NCBI GenBank assembly: GCA_963723995.1
Contig: CAVRSZ010000008.1
Location: 462,555 to 526,554, forward strand
DNA from: an uncultured Acidimicrobiales bacterium
Lineage (GTDB): Bacteria; Actinomycetota; Acidimicrobiia; Acidimicrobiales; SZUA-35
Direction of reading: 5' to 3'
DNA length: 64,000 bases
Under the pieces are notes generated by a model that saw nothing but the letters and a program-made list of their open reading frames with translations, was not told where the DNA came from and ran no database searches. The translations under genes were made by a program, and so were the position numbers. Every line of letters begins with the position of its first letter. The first letter of the stretch is position 1. Positions 16,363 through 25,192 of this stretch are shown piece after piece.

Positions 16363-17478
16363 CTACTCGGTCAGCTCGGCGGCGATTGACGCCGTCGTGG
16401 TGGTCGACGGGAAGTGAGAGCCGACCTCGGCGACCTGGTCGGCCACGTCGAGCACCATCTTCACGTTGCGCCGGGCGATCACCGACGCGTAGGCCGCGGG
16501 CGCATCGGCCAACCGGGCTCGACCATCGATCACGAAGGTCGGATCGAGCGCGCCGCCGACCACCATTCGTTGCAGCCGGGCCCGGGTCGTGATCGGGTTG
16601 CCGATAACAAACGAGAGGTTGAGTTCGTGGGAGAAGCTCTGCGATACGGGCAACGACCAGTCGGGGGCGGCCGGGACACCAACGGAAACCACCCGACCAC
16701 CGCGCCGCACCAGGGCCACGGCGGCATCCAGGGTGGAGACCAGGCCGACGGCTTCGATAACCACGTCGGCCCCGTCACCCTCGGTGATGGCGGCGACGGC
16801 CACCGGGGCGTCGTCGGGTTCGGCCACGAGTGCTCCCTGGGATAGAGCCACGGCCCGCCGGGTGGGGTCGGGCTCGACGACCACGACCGACGCAGCCCCC
16901 ACGGCCAAGGCACAATGGGCGGACAGCAGGCCGACGGCGCCACCCCCGATGACCGCCACAACCTCACCGGCCTGGAACCGGGCCCGCTCGAGCGCCGACC
17001 AGGCGGTTGCCAGGTTGTCGCTCAGGAGAAGGCCTGCCTCGGGCGGACATGACGGGTCGAGCGGGGCGATGCTGGTGTCGGCATGAGGGACGAGCACGTA
17101 CTCGGCCTGGGCTCCCTGAACCGCCGGTCCGAACAGCTGCCCGGTACCGAAGAACCGTCGCTCGGCGCAGTGCCAATGAAGCCCTCGTTCGCACCATCGA
17201 CACCGCCCGCAGGCGGTGAAGTCCGAGGAGAAGACCCGGTCGCCGACGGCGAACGACGCCACGCCGGGACCCAGATCGACCACCCGGCCGACGAATTCGT
17301 GGCCCAGGACCGTTCCCGGTTGGGCACCACCGTGGTTGCCGCCGAGTACGTGGAGATCGGTCCCGCAGATTCCGGCCCACTCGACCTGGACGACGGCGGC
17401 GCCGGGACCGGGCCGCCCCGGTTCGGCCACGTCGATCACCTCCGGCTGTCCGTCAGCGCCGACCGCCACCGCTTTCAT
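16363..17478 (-). CDS. zinc-dependent medium-chain alcohol dehydrogenase
   Basis: MKAVAV...GICGTDLHV...GHEFVGRV...CGRCRWC structural-zinc motif, and GGGAVGL Rossmann motif. Confidence 0.8.
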   Translation of the reverse strand: MKAVAVGADGQPEVIDVAEPGRPGPGAAVVQVEWAGICGTDLHVLGGNHGGAQPGTVLGHEFVGRVVDLGPGVASFAVGDRVFSSDFTACGRCRWCERGLHWHCAERRFFGTGQLFGPAVQGAQAEYVLVPHADTSIAPLDPSCPPEAGLLLSDNLATAWSALERARFQAGEVVAVIGGGAVGLLSAHCALAVGAASVVVVEPDPTRRAVALSQGALVAEPDDAPVAVAAITEGDGADVVIEAVGLVSTLDAAVALVRRGGRVVSVGVPAAPDWSLPVSQSFSHELNLSFVIGNPITTRARLQRMVVGGALDPTFVIDGRARLADAPAAYASVIARRNVKMVLDVADQVAEVGSHFPSTTTTASIAAELTE

Positions 17479-17485
17479 GGACCGG

Positions 17486-18757
17486 TCAACTTTCCGCGAC
17501 GGCGGCGATTCTGGCCGCGATCCGTTCGCCAGCCGTCCGCAGTGCCCGCAGTTCGTCGGGACGAAGTTCGAGGATGACGATCTCGGCCAGGCCGTCGGGC
17601 CCCAAGCGCACCGGCAGACCAACCCGGGCGTCGACAAGCCCGTAGGTCCCGTTGGACCGTACGCAAGCCGTCAGTACCTCCCCGCTGTTACGAACCATGG
17701 CCCGGATCATCGAAGCCGCCGATTCGGCGGGGGAGAAGTAGGCGCTGCCGGTCTTGAGCAGGCCCACCACCTCGGCTCCCGAATCCCGGGTCCGCTCCAC
17801 GATGGCCGAGAGCGTGTCCGAGTCGATGACCTCTTCCACAGGGCGGCCGGCGACCGTTGCCTGGCTCAGCGGGATCACCATCTCCGGCCCGTGGCTGCCC
17901 ATGGCCAGGGCACGAACCTGATCGGGGGCGGCCACACCGGTCAAGCCCACCAGCGAGCAGAACCGGGCGGTGTCCAGCACCCCGGCCATGCCGATGACCC
18001 GGTCATCGGGAAAGCCGGTGGCTGTGGTCATGACGTGGGTCATCTCCTCGAGTGGGTTGGTGACGACCACCACCACGGAGTCGGGCGCGTACGTGGCGAG
18101 AGAGGCTCCAACGCCGCGGATCACCGCCGCGTTGACGTCGGTCAGATCGGTTCGCGTCATCCCCGGTTGCCGTGGTCGGCCGGCCGTGACCACGACGTAG
18201 CGGCAGTCGCTGAGCGTCGACGGGTCCTCGCCGCCGGTGATCCGGGTGTCGAATCGGCACAGTCCGGAGCCGTGCCACATATCGAGGGCGAGACCGGCGG
18301 CCAGGCCGGGCCTAACGTCGACCATCGCCACGTGCCGGAAGAGGTTGCTCTCGGCTAGTCGTAAAGCGGTCATGGCCCCGACGTGGCCGGCCCCGACCAC
18401 CCCGACCTTCAGCCGATCGGACGGCTGAACCGAATCGGCCCGGGGTGGTGAGGACCGGATGACGTCACGCCCCCGCTCGACGCCGGCGGCCAGGGGGGTA
18501 CCCCGCCGGTACATCGCCCCCGATGGAGACAGCGCCACAGTTGGTGAGGCAACCGGACCGGCCCGATCATTCAGGTCCACTACCGGCACCGAGGTCGACC
18601 CGTGGCCACCCGAGCCGCTTGTCGACTGATCGACGTAGCGGATTTCCACACCGAGTTTGTTGGCCAGATCGCGGGCCAACGGAGTCAGGCGGACACCCGG
18701 CCCGACGAGCAGGAAACCGTCGGTTTCCCGAACCTGGTCGGCGGTGATGAAGCTCAT
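17486..18757 (-). CDS. LDH-like malate dehydrogenase with a ~115-aa N-terminal extension
   Basis: The core has VGVVGAGHVG, GRPRQPGMTRTDL (Arg at the specificity position indicates malate) and MGSHGPEM. The N-terminal MSFITADQVRE..GVRLTPLARDLANKLGVEI is followed by a Ser/Gly linker. The ATGA start overlaps the BMC-T stop. Confidence 0.75.
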   Translation of the reverse strand: MSFITADQVRETDGFLLVGPGVRLTPLARDLANKLGVEIRYVDQSTSGSGGHGSTSVPVVDLNDRAGPVASPTVALSPSGAMYRRGTPLAAGVERGRDVIRSSPPRADSVQPSDRLKVGVVGAGHVGAMTALRLAESNLFRHVAMVDVRPGLAAGLALDMWHGSGLCRFDTRITGGEDPSTLSDCRYVVVTAGRPRQPGMTRTDLTDVNAAVIRGVGASLATYAPDSVVVVVTNPLEEMTHVMTTATGFPDDRVIGMAGVLDTARFCSLVGLTGVAAPDQVRALAMGSHGPEMVIPLSQATVAGRPVEEVIDSDTLSAIVERTRDSGAEVVGLLKTGSAYFSPAESAASMIRAMVRNSGEVLTACVRSNGTYGLVDARVGLPVRLGPDGLAEIVILELRPDELRALRTAGERIAARIAAVAES

Positions 18758-19371
18758 TCCCGACCCTCCAACTGATTGAGGGTTGCGACCGCGGCCGAAG
18801 CGGCGGCCTGCACATCGCTTTCGGTTCCACTGATGAACAGGCGGCCGAATCGCCCGACGGCCCGCACCTCGATCAGACGGATGTCGGCCGCCTTCTCCGC
18901 TTCGTTGGCAGCCAACGCGACGTAGGCGGCAGGCGCCACCTCCAGGATGTAGAGACTCGAGCCTGGTATCAACAGGTTGCCTTTGCGCCACTTGTTGATG
19001 AGCTGGGCCTGGTACGGATCGACATTGGTGATGAACTGCGATCCGGCGACCTGCGGCTTCACCCGGTCAGCTTCGGTCAGGCCCAGGTGTTCCAGCACCG
19101 CTGCTCCAGCGGCCAGAACCTCGGCCTGGCCACGGGCGTGGATCTCGAGCAGCCCGAATTCCCGCTCCACGATCTGCAAAGCAGGGCGGACGTCGGCCGC
19201 CTTGAGCGCGATGTCAGAGCAGCGGAAGATTTCGTTGCCGGGAGCGGCCTCGATGAACAACTCTGCCATCCCGGCCACCGGCACGTCACCCTGACACGTG
19301 GCAGCCACATGGGCCGCAGCTTGGGGCTGCATGCGGTCCACAAAGGCATAGGTGCGAAGTTGGAAGTCCAT
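18754..19371 (-). CDS. tandem BMC-domain shell protein (BMC-T type)
   Basis: 205 aa; LRTYAFVDRMQPQ... is a permuted-BMC style N-terminus. Two BMC-like halves are present (..DIALKAADV.., ..ANEAEKAADIRLIEV..). Its start shares a base with the EutJ stop. Confidence 0.7.
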   Translation of the reverse strand: MDFQLRTYAFVDRMQPQAAAHVAATCQGDVPVAGMAELFIEAAPGNEIFRCSDIALKAADVRPALQIVEREFGLLEIHARGQAEVLAAGAAVLEHLGLTEADRVKPQVAGSQFITNVDPYQAQLINKWRKGNLLIPGSSLYILEVAPAAYVALAANEAEKAADIRLIEVRAVGRFGRLFISGTESDVQAAASAAVATLNQLEGRE

Positions 19372-20156
19372 CAGCGTTCTCCAGTGGCGTGTCCGGGGCT
19401 CTGCTGTCCAGGCGACCGTCGGTCCAGACTCTGGGCGATCCCGAACGGCGTGATCAGATGGGCGTTCGGATAGGAGAGGGTCCGCCATCCAAGTCGATCG
19501 GCCACAATCCGATCGGCGCCGCCCAGCAACAGTGCACCACCGGCCAGGTGCACGGGACCAGGATTTGTACCACCACACTGGGAACGAATCGACTCGGCGA
19601 TCCGCTCGATCCCCGGGGTCAAGATGGCCACGTACGATTCGCCTTCGGTGCGCTTGGCCCGCTCCGCATCCTCGATCGACATGCCAAGGGCCCCGGCCAG
19701 AATCAGATCGAGGTAATGGCCGCCCCCGGCCCGATCGGTCAGCGACGTCAACTCACCGTTCCGGTAGACCCCCACTCCGGTCGACCCCCCACCAACGTCG
19801 ACGACGGCCCCGTCGATCACGCCAAGGACGACCTGGGCGGCCGAGATCTCGTCGGTCACACCGCGACAGTCGATACCGGCCTGCTCCACCACATAACGAC
19901 ACGCCCGTCGGTCGGCCACCGGAACTCCCGGCGGGGCTGCCGTGGCGGCATCGGTGACCTCAACGCCCAACGCGACCTCAGCCTCGTTGACCAGCGCTTG
20001 AGCGGTTGCCGCGGCAGCGGCGAAATCGACAACGACCCCGTCGCGCACAGCCTGAACCGATCGAGCGTCCCACCACACCGGTTCACCGACGGCATCGACG
20101 GCGCACAGGACGATGGACGCCGTCCCGAGGTCGAGGCCGAATCGCAGGTCGCCCAT
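19371..20156 (-). CDS. eutJ: EutJ-like actin/Hsp70-fold ATPase
   Basis: FGLDLGTASIV..., VVDVGGGSTGV..., LAGGALLLGG, the classic ASKHA phosphate and adenosine motifs, at ~260 aa as for EutJ. Confidence 0.8.
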   Translation of the reverse strand: MGDLRFGLDLGTASIVLCAVDAVGEPVWWDARSVQAVRDGVVVDFAAAAATAQALVNEAEVALGVEVTDAATAAPPGVPVADRRACRYVVEQAGIDCRGVTDEISAAQVVLGVIDGAVVDVGGGSTGVGVYRNGELTSLTDRAGGGHYLDLILAGALGMSIEDAERAKRTEGESYVAILTPGIERIAESIRSQCGGTNPGPVHLAGGALLLGGADRIVADRLGWRTLSYPNAHLITPFGIAQSLDRRSPGQQSPGHATGER

Positions 20157-20254
20157 CCAGGTATCCGGTGGGCAACGGTGACGATCACCGGCCCGTGACA
20201 GGAAGGCGTCGACGTCGCCCGTCCGCAGGGCGCAGGGTTCGCAGTCGAGGTTGA

Positions 20255-21679
20255 TCACATCCCCATCCCCGGCTTGTAGAGGTCCCGCCAGGGCCGGTTG
20301 GCGTGGGCCACCCGTTTGATGTTGATGAGGTGCAGAGGGGTAACGTTGTCGGACACAATCGAACCACTCCATGTTCCGGTCCCCAGCATGAACGACGCGT
20401 CCGTCCCGGCCGTGTACCCCATACCACCGAACAGGCTCGGCGTGTTGATCACGATGCGGGAGGCGGGCAGTCCGGCGACCTGGGCCACGACCTGGGGATC
20501 GGCGGCGTGAAGGCCGACCGTGTGGCCCTCACCGCCGAAGCGCAGCACCTCCAGGCACTTGGCCACTCCGGCGCCCACGTCGGGCGTGCGATAGAACGAC
20601 AGGACAGGCCCCAGAATCTCGGCTGAGAGCGGCTCATGGGGGCCGACGTCGGTCAACTCGGCGGCCAGCACTCTTGTGTCGGTGGGCACGGTGACTCCGA
20701 TGCGGCGGGCCAACTCGACCGCGCTTTGACCGACGTGGTCGGGATGGTTGGCTCCGGAATCGGTGAACAACAGCCTGGCCAGGCGTTCCTGGGCCGGGCC
20801 GTCGAGGAAGAACGTGCCGTGATCGGCGAAGGCGGTGATGGCGGTCCTGGCGATGGGTTCGTCGAGCACCACAGACTGTTCGGCGACACACGCCGTGCCG
20901 TTGTCGAAGGCCTTGGATGTCACGACCATCAACGCCGCCTCGGCGACGTCGGCCACAGACCGGTGTATGTATACCGGAACATTGCCGGCACCGACTGCCA
21001 GTGTCGGCTTTCCCGACGAGTAGGCGGCCCGAACCATGCCGGCTCCCCCGGTGGCCATGACCAGAGCCGTATGCCGGTGGGCCATGAGCTCACTGGTCGC
21101 GGTGAGGGTCACCCGGGACAGGCAGCTGACGAGACCCTCCGGCGCACCCGCTCGTTCGGCGGCATCGGCCATCACCTCGACCGTTCTGACGCAGCAGCGT
21201 GCGGCACGGGGGTGGGGGGCGCAGACGATGGCATTGCCGGATTTCACTGCAGCCAGGCACTTGAAAATCGTGGTCGACGTAGGATTGGTGACCGGGATGA
21301 TGCCGGCGATGACGCCCATTGGTGCACCGACTGCGGTGACCCGGCGGGCTTCGTCGACCCAGAGCACGCCCAGCGTCCGCATGGATTCCATCGACCTGGC
21401 CACCACCGTGGAGTTGTAGAGGTTCTTCAGGATCTTGTCCTCGTACACGCCGTAGCCGGTTTCCTCGGCGGCGAGCTTCGCCAGCTCATCCGCAGCATCG
21501 GACGCGGCTGCCGCCATGGCCGCGACCAGGTGGTCGGCGGTTTCCTGGGAGACACCTTGGAACTGATCGAAGGCCCGGTGGGCTCGGCCGACCAGCGTGC
21601 GTGCCTCGGCGATGGAGTCGAGTTCGATGTCCTCGTAGCGCGAGACGTGATGCTGCGTGACTCGCTGGGTGTTCGTCAT
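20255..21679 (-). CDS. CoA-acylating aldehyde dehydrogenase (EutE/PduP type)
   Basis: 474 aa; IIPVTNPTST, FDNGTACVAEQS (catalytic Cys) and GGEGHT motifs. Confidence 0.85.
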   Translation of the reverse strand: MTNTQRVTQHHVSRYEDIELDSIAEARTLVGRAHRAFDQFQGVSQETADHLVAAMAAAASDAADELAKLAAEETGYGVYEDKILKNLYNSTVVARSMESMRTLGVLWVDEARRVTAVGAPMGVIAGIIPVTNPTSTTIFKCLAAVKSGNAIVCAPHPRAARCCVRTVEVMADAAERAGAPEGLVSCLSRVTLTATSELMAHRHTALVMATGGAGMVRAAYSSGKPTLAVGAGNVPVYIHRSVADVAEAALMVVTSKAFDNGTACVAEQSVVLDEPIARTAITAFADHGTFFLDGPAQERLARLLFTDSGANHPDHVGQSAVELARRIGVTVPTDTRVLAAELTDVGPHEPLSAEILGPVLSFYRTPDVGAGVAKCLEVLRFGGEGHTVGLHAADPQVVAQVAGLPASRIVINTPSLFGGMGYTAGTDASFMLGTGTWSGSIVSDNVTPLHLINIKRVAHANRPWRDLYKPGMGM

Positions 21680-21761
21680 CCCCGTCCTTCCTCGGTTGAA
21701 CTCCGCTGGCCGCCTTGGGCCGAGCGAGCTCGTCGGCTACCAGTAGAACCGCCGGCGCCAA

Positions 21762-22058
21762 TCAATCCCGACCCAGGACGACGCTTTCGACCTCGTCATG
21801 GGGCCTCGGTATGACGTGGACCGACACGATCTCGCCGACTTTGCCGGCCGCCGCAGTGCCGGCATCGGTGGCCGCCTTCACCGCTCCGACATCACCGCGC
21901 ACCATGACGGTTACGAGTCCGCCACCGATCTGCTCGCGTCCGATGAGGTGGACGTTGGCCGCCTTGACCATGGCGTCGGCGGCCTCGATGGCCGCCACCA
22001 ATCCACGGGTTTCGATGAGGCCGAGCGCACCTCTGTTGCCATCCGGCGTTGCTGCCAT
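21762..22058 (-). CDS. BMC-H hexameric shell protein
   Basis: [26 protein letters not shown]...[17 protein letters not shown]...HVIPRPH canonical BMC domain; the ATG at 22058 was chosen within the 169-aa ORF. Confidence 0.9.
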   Translation of the reverse strand: MAATPDGNRGALGLIETRGLVAAIEAADAMVKAANVHLIGREQIGGGLVTVMVRGDVGAVKAATDAGTAAAGKVGEIVSVHVIPRPHDEVESVVLGRD

Positions 22059-22122
22059 GGTCTTGCGTCTCCTTGTTCGTTGAGCGGTTGTCTGGTTCTG
22101 ATCGCTCGCCGCCTTGTCGACG

Positions 22123-22438
22123 TCACTCCTTGAAGTACGTGACGTGGCCGTCGAACGTGACCGAATCGACGATCCCGACGACGGCGGCATCGGTCGGTAC
22201 GCCGATGCCACCGGTATCGATCCGGGCTGCGCTCCCCCTGGTGACCACGACGATCTCGTCGGCCCCGGCACCGGCCAGGTCGACGGCGATGTAGCAGTCG
22301 CCGGACGCGCTCGTCGCTCGACCCGTCGGTCTCGAGACGAGTCGGATGCAGGTCTTCAACCAGGAGGAGCTTGTGGCTGGACAGCTTGTCGGCCTTGATC
22401 GAACTGACCACATTGCCTCGAACTCGTGCCAGCTTCAT
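22123..22438 (-). CDS. BMC-P (EutN/CcmL-type) pentameric vertex protein; frame disrupted near 22299-22321
   Basis: The N-terminus [28 protein letters not shown] is in one frame and the C-terminus [25 protein letters not shown]...VVGIVDSV is in another. The span is 316 nt, not a multiple of 3. Confidence 0.75.
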
Positions 22439-22506
22439 CCGAACCCCCGGTCCTGCGTTTCACCCAAACGTAAGACAGGCGTTCAGGGGATTCACTATCT
22501 CACCGA

Positions 22507-22531
22507 GACAACAAACCGATGATTTGTTGTC
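22507..22531. promoter_or_regulatory. perfect 9-bp inverted repeat in the divergent BMC promoter region (operator candidate)
   Basis: GACAACAAA-CCGATGA-TTTGTTGTC, centred in the 182-bp intergenic region between the two divergent BMC operons. Confidence 0.5.
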
Positions 22532-22620
22532 CCCCACGGCGCTGGATCACCTTGGCCGATCGTTCTTATCGTTGGTCAACGGATCTCACCGATTGAACCA
22601 GAAGCGATTAGGGGGCTCAT

Positions 22621-23652
22621 GTGATTCAGGACGTGGATGCTGAATTCCATCCGGCGGAGGACGATCCTACCTGGGCCGAGACGAACTACTTCGGCTTCTT
22701 CAACGCCGAACACCATCTCAACGTCGGGGTGTATGCCCTGTTTCGGCCCAATCTCGGCATCGTCGGTTCGACGGTCTGTATCAACAGCGGTCGCTGTGTG
22801 ACGCCGTGGGAGTCCGATTTCTCCGATCTACGCTCATCGCTGCCTATTCCGGAGCCACGCAGCCTCCTCGACTATCGCCTGCTGAACAGCTTGCATGTGC
22901 GGTGTACCGATCCAAATCAGACCTGGCTCATCCACTACGACGACGGCGAGGGAACGGCTATCGACGTCACCTGGGACGCACTGATGCCGGCGTTCGACAT
23001 TCACGATCCGGGAATGGATCCCATGTGTGCCAAGGCGACCGAGGCCACGGATGCCGGCAAGTTCGCGTGGGGCACCGCCTACAACGGGCACTTCGACCAG
23101 ACCGGCCGAGTTCGGGGAACCGTGTCGGTTCGTGGGACGTCGCACGCCATCGATTGTGTCTCGACCATGGATCACTCCTGGGGCCCCCGCCCCGAACGGG
23201 GCAAACCCAATATGAGCTGGCTCCACGCCCACTTCTCCGAGGATCTTTCGATGCACGCCATCTTCGGGTTCGACCCGATGCGCAATGGCACCGAACTGTG
23301 GCTGGCCCACGGCTACGTACTCGACAGGGGAACGGTGCACGGGCTCAAGGCGGGAACCGGCACGGTGGAGCGTCACCAGGAGCGCTATCCCGAGTCGGTC
23401 GAGTTGCGCGTCACCGACTCGAGCGATCGAGACTTCACCCTGAAAGGTCAGGCACTTACCACGTTTCCCTGGCAATGCTGGCCCAACATGGTGGCCTTCA
23501 ACTCGCTGGCGGAATGGACCATCGACGGGCCGGACGGAGCAGATCGGGCCGGTACCGGTCACGGCGAGATCATGGACTTCTTCGAGGTCCCGCAGTTGAC
23601 CCTTCTCAACAGCAATCCCGGGACCGCCCGGCCTTCACGGCCCCGGGGGTAG
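22621..23652 (+). CDS. hypothetical protein (343 aa), first gene of the plus-strand BMC-associated operon
   Basis: GTG start preceded by AGGGGG, with good GC3. It is Trp/His-rich and looks beta-rich (..WAETNYFGFF.., ..DHSWGPRP..). No family was recognised with confidence. Confidence 0.6.
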   Translation: MIQDVDAEFHPAEDDPTWAETNYFGFFNAEHHLNVGVYALFRPNLGIVGSTVCINSGRCVTPWESDFSDLRSSLPIPEPRSLLDYRLLNSLHVRCTDPNQTWLIHYDDGEGTAIDVTWDALMPAFDIHDPGMDPMCAKATEATDAGKFAWGTAYNGHFDQTGRVRGTVSVRGTSHAIDCVSTMDHSWGPRPERGKPNMSWLHAHFSEDLSMHAIFGFDPMRNGTELWLAHGYVLDRGTVHGLKAGTGTVERHQERYPESVELRVTDSSDRDFTLKGQALTTFPWQCWPNMVAFNSLAEWTIDGPDGADRAGTGHGEIMDFFEVPQLTLLNSNPGTARPSRPRG

Positions 23653-23654
23653 CG

Positions 23655-24662
23655 ATGCCCAGAGGCGCCATCCTGTTCGACTTCGACGGAACCCTGGTCG
23701 ACACCCGCCAGGCATCGTGGGAGTTGTTCGCCGAGACCAACGAACTGTTCGGGCTCGGGGTGGACAGCCGCGATGCCTTCTTCCGGATCTTCCGGAACAA
23801 CTTCCACGAGTCGTTCGAGGCGCTGAGCTCGGATGCCGATCACATTCGACAGGCCAAGCAGCACTTCATGACGGCGCTGACCGAGCGGTACCGGCCCAGC
23901 CTCATCCCTGGCATCGTCGACGTCATCCGGGCACTCACGCCGAGCTACACCCTGGCCGTGGTGTCGTCCAACGCCATGCCGGTCATCCGCCGGGTACTGG
24001 AGGGCGCCGGGCTGGCCACCTGCTTCTCCCACGTCTTCTCCGGTGATGTGGAGCCGAGCAAAAGTGCCGTGATCAAGCGCTTCATGGCCGATCAGAGCTA
24101 CGCCTCGCTCCGCCACTGCGCACCCAGCTACGTCGACACGCCCAGGCCCCGTCTGGTGGATGACGCCGTTTTCATCGTCACCGACACCGTTGGCGACGTC
24201 GAAGAGGCGCGACGGGTCGGCATTCGAGCCGTCGGGGTGTGCTGGGGCATGCACGACGAGGCGAGCCTCCGGGCGGCCGGAGCCGAGACGGTCATGGTCT
24301 GGCCCCAGGAGCTCGAGGCCTTCTTCGTCGGGGCACAGGACGAGGTCCCCGATACGTGCCGCCTCGGACCCACCCCGGCCTCGCCGGCCGACGCCGAATC
24401 GGACTCCGGCGCCGATGACAGCTGCACCACCGGCGTCTGCCGATGCCACACGGCCGGTGGCCAGGGCGAGTCGTCCCCCCGGCGGGCCGAGGTCCGATCA
24501 GCGGTTCGTCTACGGGCCCGCCTGGCCGCACCGATGGCCACGCCGCTGACGCCGCCGGTCGAGGTTCCGGTTCGCCTTGGGCCGGGCACCGAAGTGGGCC
24601 ATAACCGTCCAGCCATTGACCCCGAGCTGCTGGAGGCCCTTCGCCTCACCGCGGTTCCGTGA
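23655..24662 (+). CDS. HAD-superfamily phosphatase with a ~110-aa C-terminal tail
   Basis: ILFDFDGTLVDT (DxDGT), VVSSN and TDTVGDVEEA motifs. The tail is low-complexity and ends in the amphipathic IDPELLEALRL. Confidence 0.75.
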   Translation: MPRGAILFDFDGTLVDTRQASWELFAETNELFGLGVDSRDAFFRIFRNNFHESFEALSSDADHIRQAKQHFMTALTERYRPSLIPGIVDVIRALTPSYTLAVVSSNAMPVIRRVLEGAGLATCFSHVFSGDVEPSKSAVIKRFMADQSYASLRHCAPSYVDTPRPRLVDDAVFIVTDTVGDVEEARRVGIRAVGVCWGMHDEASLRAAGAETVMVWPQELEAFFVGAQDEVPDTCRLGPTPASPADAESDSGADDSCTTGVCRCHTAGGQGESSPRRAEVRSAVRLRARLAAPMATPLTPPVEVPVRLGPGTEVGHNRPAIDPELLEALRLTAVP

Positions 24663-24758
24663 CCGGGCAAGGCACACGAGCAAGCCGCCGTCGGAGCCAA
24701 CGAATTCACCAACCAACAGACAAACCAGGGACTCAGCGCCACAGAAGGGGATTCATCC

Positions 24759-25175
24759 ATGACATTCATAGCCGAAGGTTTCAACAGCTTCGAGACGGAC
24801 AAGGTGCCGGAAGGAACGATCGTCTTCCTACCCGACCCGAAGTCGGTCATCGACTTGATCAATTCGGGCGAACTCGACAAGCACATCGTGCTGGCCCAGG
24901 GAGGGACGACCACGTTTCTCTCGCCAGTGCTCAGCATGGGCTGCATCGGGGTGATCACCCTCTCCGGAGCACCCGAGTCGCACCTCGGCATTCTCTCCCG
25001 GGAGTTCCAGATTCCGTGCGTGATGACGGCATACCTGACCGAGAGCGACTCCCGCTACGAAACCGGCGGCGACAACGCCGCCCACTTCGACGCCATGATC
25101 TCAACCCTCAACGGCAAGCGGGCGCGACTCCATTGCAGCGACAGCGAAATCGGCCGAATCGAACTGATCGATTAG
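24759..25175 (+). CDS. stand-alone PEP-utilising-enzyme mobile (swivelling phosphohistidine) domain protein
   Basis: 138 aa; ...GVITLSGAPESHLGILSREFQIPCV matches the GG.TSH.AI.ARE.GIP pattern around the phosphocarrier His. Confidence 0.7.
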   Translation: MTFIAEGFNSFETDKVPEGTIVFLPDPKSVIDLINSGELDKHIVLAQGGTTTFLSPVLSMGCIGVITLSGAPESHLGILSREFQIPCVMTAYLTESDSRYETGGDNAAHFDAMISTLNGKRARLHCSDSEIGRIELID

Positions 25176-25192
25176 AAGGGGCAAACAGAATC

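Noticed and set aside
22806-23654. N-terminal 283 aa of the 618-aa ORF that ends as the HAD phosphatase
   Set aside because: This part is an alternative frame of the 343-aa gene (22621-23652) with junk composition. The HAD gene starts at ATG 23655.
24659-25192. N-terminal 178 aa of the 647-aa ORF
   Set aside because: It overlaps the well-supported swivel-domain gene in another frame. The real start of the 469-aa protein is ATG 25193.
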